Shown in pieces: positions 26,401 to 38,400 of a DNA stretch of 64,000 bases. The position numbers were made by a program, and so were the translations under genes. The stretch is taken from positions 1 through 64,000 of the forward strand of contig KZ538412.1 of the NCBI GenBank assembly GCA_000934665.2, in the 5' to 3' direction. Numbering within the stretch: position 1 is the first letter of the stretch; the number at the start of each line of letters is the position of its first letter. This DNA is from Catajapyx aquilonaris (Eukaryota). The notes under the pieces are model-generated. The model made no database searches. It was not told the DNA's origin and saw only the letters and a program-made list of their open reading frames with translations.

Positions 26401-29400
26401 AAATGTCGGTTTTTGTCAGTAATTTCTAGCCCCCAGCTGCTTATTTATATCAGTTGCAGAATGTATGTGATGCCTGCCCTATTATTTTATTTATTTATTT
26501 ATTTACGTTACCCCTTGCGAGGGCCTGCCCTATTATGGTTCAAGTATCCGGTAAGTGTATTTGGTATCCTGATAAAATTATATTTTCAATGTGAAACCTC
26601 TACTGACTGTAAAAATAACAATTTCCTTTATTACTACATCACTGTCATATAATTAGTTTTCCCACTGTCACTGCAGGTCTGACCTACCTATCATACACGA
26701 CAAGAAGAAAAAAAAAAGAGAAATGAAGAAGAAGGAATGTCATTAGATGTACCAAGGTATTACGTCTGATGAAGCCCCTGAAGAAAACTAACACAGTAAA
26801 TGTTGAATGCACTATAACCAAAATGAAAATATTGTTATTGAGAAAGCTTTCCAAAAAATCTCCCAATGCAAATACTAGCAAATAACCACTGGAGCCATTT
26901 TTCAGAAAATGTATATCCACATTATCAATGTTTCACACAAAAACATGTGAGGTCACAATTAGCAGGACCTCTTGCATGTCTTTTGCTTGAAAGCAGTAAC
27001 TGCATGAAAACAGAGGGGCGGTAAAAAAAAACAACAAAAGGATCAATTGTGGTATCAGATACCTAATGGCACCCATTCAAGAGCAGCTGTTGTCTCAGCT
27101 GAATTTGATGCTGGGCTGCCTGTAAGACAGAAAGCATCAGTGTTCTTCCCTCTTTGGGCCACTTAGGCCATGGAAAGGACAAAGATAGAGATATGTCAGA
27201 CACTGTTAACAATCACCATTACTTTTTATGTGGTTTGTGTGATGTTACGACATCATAAAAAATCCAACAGTATCAGTCAAACTCAAAAATCATTCAACCC
27301 AATATTCATACAGTGAAACATGTCCATAATGGACCCCAAGTATAATGAAAACCTGTCCATTGAGAATGGCATATGGATAGGACATGAATTTGCGCAACTA
27401 CCATGTCAATAATTATAACGGAAACCTGTCCATTACGGAAAATTGTTAAGGTCCAGTGCGATTCCGCTATACACAGGTTTCACTGTAGTTCAATGGTGTG
27501 ACTCATCCTGTAAGACCTGTTATTCTGGTCACCTGCACTTTCAATAAACACTCTGAAAAGTCATCTACTCTAATATTGCATGCTTAGCAACAATGCTTAA
27601 CAAGAGCTAATTCAGTAGTTAACCTTAACTCAGGCTCATACAGCAGGCCCTTCAGGTGCATTTGCATGTGGGAGATTTGATCGGAGATTTGCATCCCCGG
27701 AGATGAAATCCTAACGAAAGCAGTGATTTGGGGCTAAAGTAGCAATCGCGTTTAAGAAGGGAGGGCATCGGCGATGACATCGCTCAGGTCTGTTTGAAAT
27801 AGGAGATGGCACCGAAGCAGTTTGGAGGAGGGGATATGGTGTCCGACTGCTAATCGGGAGGTCCTGGGATCAAATCCCGGGGCCAGCAACTCTGACCGTG
27901 GCTTTCTGTGGTTTCCCACGGTCCTTCCAGGAAAATTCCGGAGTTGCTTCCGTAATTAACCCTGTAATGCCCACTGGGTCATATCTGGCACACCATTTAG
28001 TGCAATTTTTATATTTCCTGTAAGTGCCTAATTGCACTAAATGGTGTGCCAGATATGACCCAAGGGGCATTACAGGGTTAATAGGCCACAGCCGCTTCCT
28101 TCCGTCCCTATCCTATCCCAAAGAGCGCAGTAAAATGAAAAAGCAAAGAGTTCCAGGCAAAACAAACTTCCTCCCTAAAGAGCCGATGGCTGATAACGGG
28201 GTATGATTTATTTATTTTTTATTTTTTATTTAAAAAAAAAAGGAGATGGCGATAACATCGCCATGGCATGCCAACAGTACAGTTACTGGTTACAGGTACA
28301 GGTTACTGTACTGTTGGCATGCCGTGGCGATGCACGTCGCCGGCATGTAAACACACTGGCGATGCATAAGCGCCATCGCTTGCGTCATGACGTCAGAACC
28401 CCTACAATTCACAGGCGATACAAATCTCAGATCAAATCTCCCACATGTAAACGCACCTTCAGTCTGTTTTCCTGAAACTTACATGGTGTGTACATCAGAA
28501 GCTTCAACTTTAAGTTCTTAAATGTTATATGCAGCATCTTTTGAGTTATGATTAATGAATTAGGGCCTATTGCATTAACGAAGGACATGAACATATGCTC
28601 TGGAATCAGAAGATATTAGAATAAGCATCGTTACAACACCATTCATTTTAACATCGTTTGCTTCGCTCCGCAACTTCACTTCTTGCATAAAATAGTGCCC
28701 TTCATTCATTGGTAGCTCAGAAAGTACTTGAAATTGACTTTCCATCAGCCATACCAAAATAGATATTCAAAAGTGATGGCTAAAGATTGGATTTTTAGGT
28801 ATGAAAAAAAACCCAAAAAGGGAGGCATTTAGGTCCTGAAAACAGCCAAAATAGGCTATTAAATAGGCAGTAAAAATCAGCCAGACCCTAATTTATTTTC
28901 ATTCCTATACAATGTGACAGCTTACTCCTGGCCATGGAATTTTGTAGCACAGTAACAAACTAGCAGTTTTCCATATTTTCATCAGTTAGTTGGCAATGGC
29001 GGTCTGACATATTAATATGCTGAAAATTACTTTTCTGTCACACACGAGGATTCTGTACTTTTGGAACAATTCCACATAGACTTGTTTAAGACATCCTTGG
29101 AAAAGCAGGGGGACCCCATGCTCAATGGAAGCTGCTAATGTATCGCAGATAGAAGCAGGAAGGATGCCTTGAATGGAAAACCCACATAACTCTTGCAAAT
29201 CTAATAGAACTGCATCAAAAAGGAGTAAATAGGTGCTTATAGGCCATTTAGTTTCCAATGACCGAAATAGGAAATTTTAGGTTCTATAAAACTATGAATT
29301 TTGAGGTCCTCGTGTTATAAAACGTAAAGATATTTCGGTTCTGGTGGTCTGCCTACAGAATAAAAAGTAGGTAAAAACCTAGAAATCCGGTCTTTAAAGG

Positions 29401-32400
29401 GACACTTCACTCAAAAAACAAGTTGACCTCTAAAAATCAGGCCAAAAATCCTGACTCCGGTGATACCATGGGTTTTTTTCTACGGCGAACGATAATCCGA
29501 TAAATAAATGGCAAAGTAGGCCGGCTGCAAACCCCCTGCCCCTCCAGACTCGGCGACACCTACCCCGGGCACCTGGCGGCTGCTTCAGGAAGTAGGGATC
29601 GTAGCCGTGCGGGTTTGAAATGCAGTTCGGTGGGATATTTCTGGCTGCTGCCAATACTGTCACGGAGGTGTTACTTTCCAGACCTCGCCTTTGCTTGGGT
29701 ACCGGTGGGCTACATCTGTTGCTTACGTATCAGATCCCCATGACTAATAAAGGCCGGGAGGGAACGACTGGAAGGCGACACATGTTTATGCTTAGCACTA
29801 GGGCAGGGGGTGGGTAGGTCCTACGCTTGTCATTTCTGGCTTTCATTCCGGCATATGGTGGAGGGCTCGGAAGCAAGTAGCATCATGGACGAGAAAGGCA
29901 CGGGTGGTGCCCGGTTCTGTGTAGTTTATAAGCGCCGTAATAAACGGTCCGAGCGAGTGACGTATTTCGCACTTCCTTGCGAAGATCAGGATTTGATGCG
30001 GCAATGGCGAGAAGCCTTGAATTTACCCCCAACCTATACACCCATGTCAACTCATCGGGTGTGCATGGATCACTTTCACAGGCGACGCGATTGAGAATAG
30101 CAGCTAATATGTGTTAGGGCCAGAAGATTGCCAATGGCTCTGTTTCAATGACTAATTCCAATTTTACGGGGATCTGATGCGGCAGCAACAGAATGATGTA
30201 GCCCACCGGTACACAATTAGGAGCCAAGCAAAGGCGAGGTCTGGAAAGTAACACCTCCGTGACAGTATTGGCAGCAGCCAGAAATATCCCACCGAACTGC
30301 ATTTTTCAAACCCGCGCGGCTACGATCCCTACTTCCTGAGGCAGCTGCCAGGTGGCCGGTAAACAACTTCGCCCCGTGGACGCGGGGAAGGAAGGCGGCG
30401 CCACTCTCCATCAGACCTCGAATTTTTTCCGACTTTCGTCACTTCCCCTGTCATTAGCGTTCGTCTCAGAGATAAACGGATCGCATTCTCGGAATCAGGA
30501 TTCCTTGCCTGATTTTTAGAGGTCAACTTGTTATTTGAGTGGAGTGTCCCTTTAACTGATGGCATATTTGTAATCAGTGATTTATTTATGATTTATTAAG
30601 GTGGTAGTAGTAGCATGGTAGAATTTCATTTTTCAGCGAGCCTTTGGCCCTTACAGGGGTGTTTTGGAGGTTAACTTGTCCAAGGACCAAAGCCCCCTCT
30701 CATGCAAAACGAAATAGCCACCATGTACAGTACCATTCATAAAGAATGGTACGACTCTACATGGACGAAATGTTTATTCTGTTCTCAACCCCTGGGTCGC
30801 CAGCATGTTTTTGGGGGTCACGAGGAAGTCCGGGAAAAGGGAATCAAAATAAAATAAAAAAGAGAAGAGAAAAACAAAGCTAAGTAGGAAAGTTTTAGGG
30901 GTGAAATTCACATCAAATCTACATAAGCATTGCACCGGGTTGAACATTTTGGTCAGTAAAATTTTAATTTAAGGCTGTGTATCACCCCCAGGAGAAAGTC
31001 ACTCGCTGACTCACTAGCGCTTAGCATGGGAAGGTGGGGAACTATTTGAAACCCTTCGAAAAGGGGATGGTAATAGCGTGTGATTAACATTGGCAATGAT
31101 GCTTGTGGTTATCAGCTATAATCTGTTGGAATGGAAGGGACGAGTGACCTGACCTCCTAGGTCCCCCTCCCCTCCCATCCCCAGCACCTTTCGCGACTAA
31201 GTCGGGAACGCTTCTGCACCTGTATGTCCACAATTTTAATGCAATCATATCGAGTATGGTACCATAGTAAAGGCCAAACCTTTGCGCAGGGCACCTTCGT
31301 CGTGATTTTTCCGATTAACGGTGCGTTTCGCCACAAAAAATAAAATTCCCTCAAAAATGCGCCTACCGTATTTTTACTAATGCGCCCCCTTAAGATATAG
31401 CTGACAAGATTACTATAGATAGTGTAGCAGAAAAAAAGGGATACAAGTTACATGGGATATGGCTATTCCCACTCGGGGGTGATACACAGCTTTAAAAATC
31501 GGGATCGGTCATACAGGTCACCAGAGGTCCAGAAAAGGTTCATAGGGTTTTGTCGAATTAAGGTTGGGAATAATGCTCTATAATCAGGATAAACATTTCG
31601 TCCATAGAGTCGTACCATTCTTTATGAGCGGGACTGTACCTGGCATGAAATACTGCAATAACTTCTTTTTCTGCACATATGTATGGTGTATGGTAATTAC
31701 CATATTCTTATTTGGGAGGAAAGACATGGACGCAAACTTTTTGGAAAACAACGGTTAGGTGATATGCCCCTTGGCATATCTCACTCTCACAACTGAGCCA
31801 AAAAAAACATGATACTTCCAATTCAATGTCAGATCAAGCAAGGCCTTAAAATGTCACCCTGTGATACTTCTATGCACTTGATAAATTAAATGCTTGCGCC
31901 ACTTATGATAAGGGAACCTAAAACAACGTGATTTAGAATTACACATATGGTCATTTAAATCATAAGTTAAATGTCATATTCACCTCATTAAGGGCCAGCA
32001 CCGGTAACACTCTCTTCTGCGTAAAATCTTCACGGGGATCAAACTGCACAGATTTATGCTGCTCTTGTAAGCAATCAAAGAACCTGTAAATACCATAACA
32101 AAATCGAAAAAGTTACTTACATAATAAAAAATCTTTCTCTCTACGCTAAGAACTGAATTATTCCTATAATGCAGGGATGGAAAAAGAACCGCTTCCTTCC
32201 AAGAAGCGCTTCTTTTTTCCATGTGCAGGGATGGAAAAAGAACCGCTTCCTCCCAAAGAAGCGGTTCTTTTTCCATCCCTGCTATAATGGTTTGTTGGTT
32301 TGGGGGGAGCAAAAGCAACTAAGGCTATCTGGCATAGGTCAGGGTGAGAGGGAAAGACAGCTTATTGGACTGTGGGAAGAAACTCGAGAACCCTGAGAAA

Positions 32401-35400
32401 ATCCACGGAAACAGGGAGAAAACTTCTCGAAACTCTTTCTACATGAGAATCTCCGGTCCGACCTGGAGATCGAACACATGATCTCAGAGGTGGAAGGTTG
32501 TGAAGTTAAGGGGCGTTCAGACGACGCAACTTGGTTGCATGCAACCTGGAATACACGGAGAGAATAGAAAGTTGCAGCAACCCAAAAAATGCTGCGACTT
32601 TTCTGCAACCGGGGGCTGCAACCTGTGGTACGTCATATGGGCAAGATGGCGGAAAATAAGTGGAGCCGAGCTTTTGGGGAGCACTTTGAGTGGGCAGATG
32701 ACGACCAAATGACATATCGTAAGGGAAATCTTTCCTTGGGATATAAAATATACCGGTACTGAATAAATTATGCAAGAGGTGTTGGAAAACCACATGATAG
32801 ATGACAGATGAGCCTAAATTGGAAGTTACAGTGAATATTATGAAGCATACATATTATGAACTCGCTGCATATTTGATAGTTATTGTGACTTCATTAGTTG
32901 AGTGGCTAGAATTCTCGCCAGAATTTATTGAGTTTTAAACAAATGTCAGCTGTAATTTACCCAGTGCAGGATACGTTATATCATTGAGACAAGCTGTGGG
33001 TCGTGAACATAATATTTGGGATCATGACGAGGGAGGGTCACAAACTATATTTTAATAAAATCATTATAATTATCTCTCTGGAAAAATATGCCTGTAAACG
33101 AGAAATTATATTAATTTATCAATGATGTCCATTGACAATGGGGGGGATGGAATTAGAATTACGGGTCGCGAATTTTATGAGACTATTTTCTGGGGTTGGC
33201 AACGAAAAATATTGGTAAGCCCTGCATTTAAGAACTTTTCAGAAAGCTTTCCCACCCACGTAGGTGCTATCATGCTTATAGCAGCTGACATGCAGCATGC
33301 TTTTCAAGAGATGCCATCTTGGAAGTTGCAAGCTGATTGCATGTGATGTTGCATGTGATTCAACCAAGTTGCCTCGTCTGAACGCCCCTTTAGCCACTAC
33401 ACCACCCATTTCTGTGGTGCATGATTCCTACAATTACATGAATCAAGTAGCATAATGGTATGGACATAAGATCATAATTATACTTTCTTTCCCTGGAAAG
33501 AGATGCATAGTATCAGAGTGGGGCAAAAGTCATGGGCAGATAAAAACGACACAGCGTGGCGTAAGTAACGAACGATTATAATTTTTTTGAAATACACTAC
33601 ACAGAGTAAGATATGCCATTTATGAATCAAGGTCCAAAAAAGTCACTTCTTGAAAACAACACCGGATAGACGCCCATGTTTGCGGGCAACACATTCCTCC
33701 AAGCGCCGGAAGAAACCCTTCATAACGTGCTCCAGCATGTCCAGGGGAATGTTTCTCACGGCGTGTCTTATCTGATCATTAAAATCAGCCTATGACTGAG
33801 GACGTATGGCGACCACCAAACAAATAAAAAGTCAAGTGTTTCCTGGGAGGGTCATTTCGAGATTTGGGGACATTCCATGGCCGCCACGGTCGGCGGATTT
33901 GACCACCCCCGACTTCTTCTTGTGGGGGTACCTGAAGAGTTTGGTGTTTGCCACACGTCCTCAGTCATTGGCTGAGCTTAAAGGGGCACTCCACTCAAAA
34001 GACAAGTTGGGCTTTAAAAATCGGGCAGAAAATCCTGATTCTGAGGGTATACACAGTTTTTCTGAGAGACGAACGGTAAGGACAGGGCGAGCCATCAAAG
34101 TTCGGCAATTCGAATCTGGCGCAAAAGAGCCTCTCCCAGGTCTGGGCAGAAATTGGCATAATCCTGAGGCATCTTTCATGGAGGAGTAGGATGGAGAGGA
34201 AACCTGCCCCAGCCGTACGACGAAGAGGTGGCCACCCCCACCCACGACTCGACACCAGTACGGACCAATGATGCCGTGGACCAAAGATGACTGAGGATTA
34301 TGCCAATTTCTGCCAAGTCCCGGTTGGCGGTGCATGTGGAGGGGGCGGACTGGGCCGGGCGGGCATCTCTTTTGCGCCAGATTCGAATTGCCAAACTTTG
34401 ACGGCTCGCCATGGCCTTACCGTTCGTCTCTCAGGAAAACTGCTTATACCCTCGAAATCAGGATTTCCCCCCGATTTTTAGAGCCCAACTTGTATTTTGA
34501 GTGGCGTGTCCCTTTAAGAATCAGAGAAGACACGCCGTGCCGTGTGAACATTCCCCTCGACATGCTGGAGCGCGTTATGAAGGGTTTCGTGCGGCGCTTG
34601 GAGGAATGTGTTGCCCTCAAAGGTAGATGTCTATCCGGTGTTGTTTTCAAGAAGTGACTTTTTTGGACCTTGCTCCATAAATGGCATATCTTTCTCTATG
34701 TAGTGTATTTAAAAATATATATAATTGTTCGTTACTTACGCCGTGCTGCGTCGTTTTTATCCGCCCATGACTTTTGTCCCACCCTGTATAAACTACTATA
34801 GGGAAGTTTAATGCTTCTTTAATGCAACAAGAGTTACAAGAGGCAGCATTAGGCCTGTATGTATGGATGCAAATTAGGAAAAATCTCAGCTCATGCATGG
34901 TGAATAAATACACATGATTGGAAATTTTTCTTTAATTTGTGGCTCCAACTGGTCCTAAGTTACTTGTATATTTGAGACCACCTACATTGTATTTGGCAAT
35001 GCTTACTGATGGACCTCAGTTCCAGATGTGGAAAGGCTTGACCAACAAAAAAATGGGAGTGAAAACGCCTTGCATATGTTTATAAATTCACCGAGATATT
35101 TATTTTGGCTTCAGAAAATGAGATTGCTGCTCCTGTTATGTAGTTCCTCCCAAGTCACACTGCACCATAAAACTAGTAAATATATTGTTAGTACTAATTT
35201 AAATACCTGTATTCAGGGTGCAACAGCTGCTGATCATGGAGTTCAATAGGTGGTTCAAAAACATTGTCACCCATCAAAGTCACCCGAAGTCTTTTCCGGA
35301 ATGTCCAGCGAAATCTTCCCTGAAGAATAGACAAGAAAATCAGTTTTGTGTTCACTGGGATTTCCGACATACACTATAAAACCAATTTACAGTTCATAGA

Positions 35401-38400
35401 AGCATAAGATGTGCTAGTAGTTGTGATAGAACATAATAATCGGGCTCATTCTGAACTTGGGGCATGGTCTAGTCTCTAGTGGACAATAAAAATAACAAAA
35501 AATAACTGCTATTGGACAATATCAGTTATCAGAAGTGACCCACGAACTTGGAACACCCTGTATATAGCCTGTAAGTATACCTGTTAGAATCTCCGTCTCC
35601 TCCAGACCATGCCCGGTATATTTCAGAACTAGATGAAATAAAATTTTGGACTTAGCACTTTCTCCTTTTACATATACAGTACATGTTTGAATTTACAGTT
35701 GCGAAATTTTAAGTGGTGTCGGAACAAGCACCAAAAAATGCGCCAAAAATTGGTGCTCCTGACCAATGAAGCCGATTTGTATGTTTCGCTATAACCTTTT
35801 GGCAAATTATAATTTTGCCAAAATTTGATTGATTTGGACTCTAGCGTGGGGCTTTTGAGAACTACTAGCAGTTGGGAGAACACTAATTTTCACGGTTTTT
35901 ATTGTGCCTAGAGGGAATGGTCAACCACAAATGTGACCCTTCTTTTATGTAGGGCGGGTGGCATCAAATGTCTTCTCTTTCAGCCAGAGTTGGAACTCGA
36001 AGAAAGTACCAATTCTCGTTAACCCTTTCATTCCCACTGTAGCCATATGGCAACAATTAATCTGGAGGCAAAGCGTTCGCATGCAGAAGGCAAACTTTGT
36101 GGGTCAAACTTCTTGTGCCATCTAGTGGATGGTGACTCAGCACCCACAAAGTCGGATTGTTATATTTTGCTCGCGCCCTTGAAAGGTAAACAACCCCCCA
36201 CCCGGCCGCGTAATTACAGGGTGTCCCATAAGTCTGGACTCTTAGGAATTTCTCATAGTGCAGTGTTTTAGTATTATTTTGCAACCATCGTAACAATTTT
36301 ATAGTGATTTTAAAAATTTAAATTAAGTTAATTGCATTTAAAGTTAATTGCATTTAAAAAAATTTCTGGAACACCCAGTAGGGGAATGTTTTTGGCATTT
36401 TTACATTCCAAAGGACCACCACGAGTAAAAATGATAAATATTGAAGAATATTGTTTTTCATTATATCACTCCTACTACAAATTTTTTTCAAAAAGAGAAG
36501 AAACGGCCCAAAAAATTTGGGAATGAAAGGGTTAAACCCCCCTTAACATTTGGCAAGGTGACTTTTGCGCCCAAGTTCTTGCCCTCCATAACAGGACCAT
36601 AGAGTTAGAGGTGGATTAAAATTTCTGAAAGGTGAGCTTAGGAGCACTCCAAACCACCAATAGAACAATCATCTTGAATCGCACAGGGACAATCACATAA
36701 AGTGACCACCGCCAAGAAAGGTGGAAACTAGAGGTAGAGAGTGGGACCCTTGGCTATGGTGGAAAAGCATCGCAGAAACATGTCCAGCACAATTTACAGG
36801 CTGTTGCATGGGTCAAATGTCATGCAATTATGTTGGTCAGTCTAACTTGGTTGTTTCTCATGGGGGTTTGGTGCAATGGGTGGGCTCCAGAACAAGTGGG
36901 GGCACTGAGTTCCACTTTGTTTATTTAATATAGGCCTGTGTTTGACTCGAAACAACTCCCAGGCAAATGATCCCAAAAATTAATGTTATATATCGTTGGA
37001 AAGCTGCTTTAAATCCAGGTTACATATATGCGAGTTGGTTTCCTATCATCAGTGTACAATTTTTTATCGCAAGAAGAAGGCGGAAAGGCGTCATTTTTTG
37101 ACTAGTTGCTGCCGTTACGCCGCAAAATGAATTTTTCTCGGCGGAGACAACAGAGGTGTGCAATTAACTTCATTATGATTACACAAATGGCGATTTCTAA
37201 GTTTCAAATATCACATTAGATAGACAAAGATTGGCACTATCCAGGGTTCACAGGAGGATTTTTTTTGGCTGTTATTATTTGAAAAATATCTTGTCCGTAA
37301 TCTTTGGAGTACACGTAAGCCAAAATCTGTGTCGTTCGAGCCTATCTGGTAGCGACGGGGTTCAAGATAATTAAGGCTGAATAAATTGAAATTGCTCAGG
37401 TTTTAAATGAACAATGCCATTATTCCGAAATTCTTTTCAATTTAGTGCAAACTTGTAAACTTCAAAAAATTTCTTGTGAGCCAGTGTAGAATGACTGACA
37501 GCATTGTTAACCTTGCACCCTGGAAGGGGGAAACAACCTCAAATACAAAGTATTCCATTTGCAAAATTAGCTGGAATGTGATATTAGGCTTTAAAACTCA
37601 CTTATACACTGGTTGTTTTTATGGCTGGAATTTTATGGTAGGCCCTCGGGTAGGCCTCTTATGACAAATGCTTCGGCAGATATTAAGCCACAGGTTACAG
37701 GAAATGTTGTCACTGAGGAAGGAGGCAATCTAGGTGACTGTGACATTATTTTTGTTCTGTAGGTTCAAATCATTCTGGCCATGCTCTTGGTTCCCAGCTT
37801 GTTCTGCTAGAATTTTGTTAAGATGAGGGAATGACGAAATGTTGCCTGCTTGAAGTGTTTCCACAGATGAATTTTAACCATGAAAGCTCTGATTATAGTG
37901 GCCAAAGATGTTAGGTTGAGGGTTATAGGGCTTTAGGTAGGCCCACTTCACAGTACCTGTACTATTTTCAGGATAAATAATCTAACTTAATTTATAAACT
38001 AAAGGAGTTAGCATGTTACATTNNNNNNNNNNNNNNNNNNNNCCCCCCCCCCCCTTCCCGAATCTTCTCACGTTCCCCAGGTTGGGAACCACTGCATTAC
38101 TGGCTCTTATTGATTGTGAATATAATATATCCACATGTTAAAATCCAGAAGGCCACTTAAATTCAAGGTGAAGGCAGCCCTACGAGAATGACCCTGTTGC
38201 CTGTTGGTCAGGTAAAATTTTGGGTCCCACAGTTGCAGTGGTAGCAATCCTAACCATGAAAGCTACAGTTATTTGCACAGCTGTTCCTGGCTGGCAGCTC
38301 ACCAACTGGTTCAAGACACCCCTCCAAGTGGACAGCTGCAGTGAGAGGGTGGTGTCCCAGTGAGATATTGCATTAAACAGCTGCCTTGGGAACAGGCCTT

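Larger units (their letters stand above)
27654..28458. mobile_element. PIF/Harbinger-type MITE hosting a nested SINE and piggyBac-type MITE
   Basis: TIRs AGGTGCATTTGCATGTGGGAGATTTGATC / GATCAAATCTCCCACATGTAAACGCACCT; same end type as 46642 and 46916. Confidence 0.7.

Noticed and set aside
32172..32281. Tandem palindromic repeats superficially like a CRISPR array
   Set aside because: Only two units, no unique spacers, hAT-type TSD, eukaryotic context.
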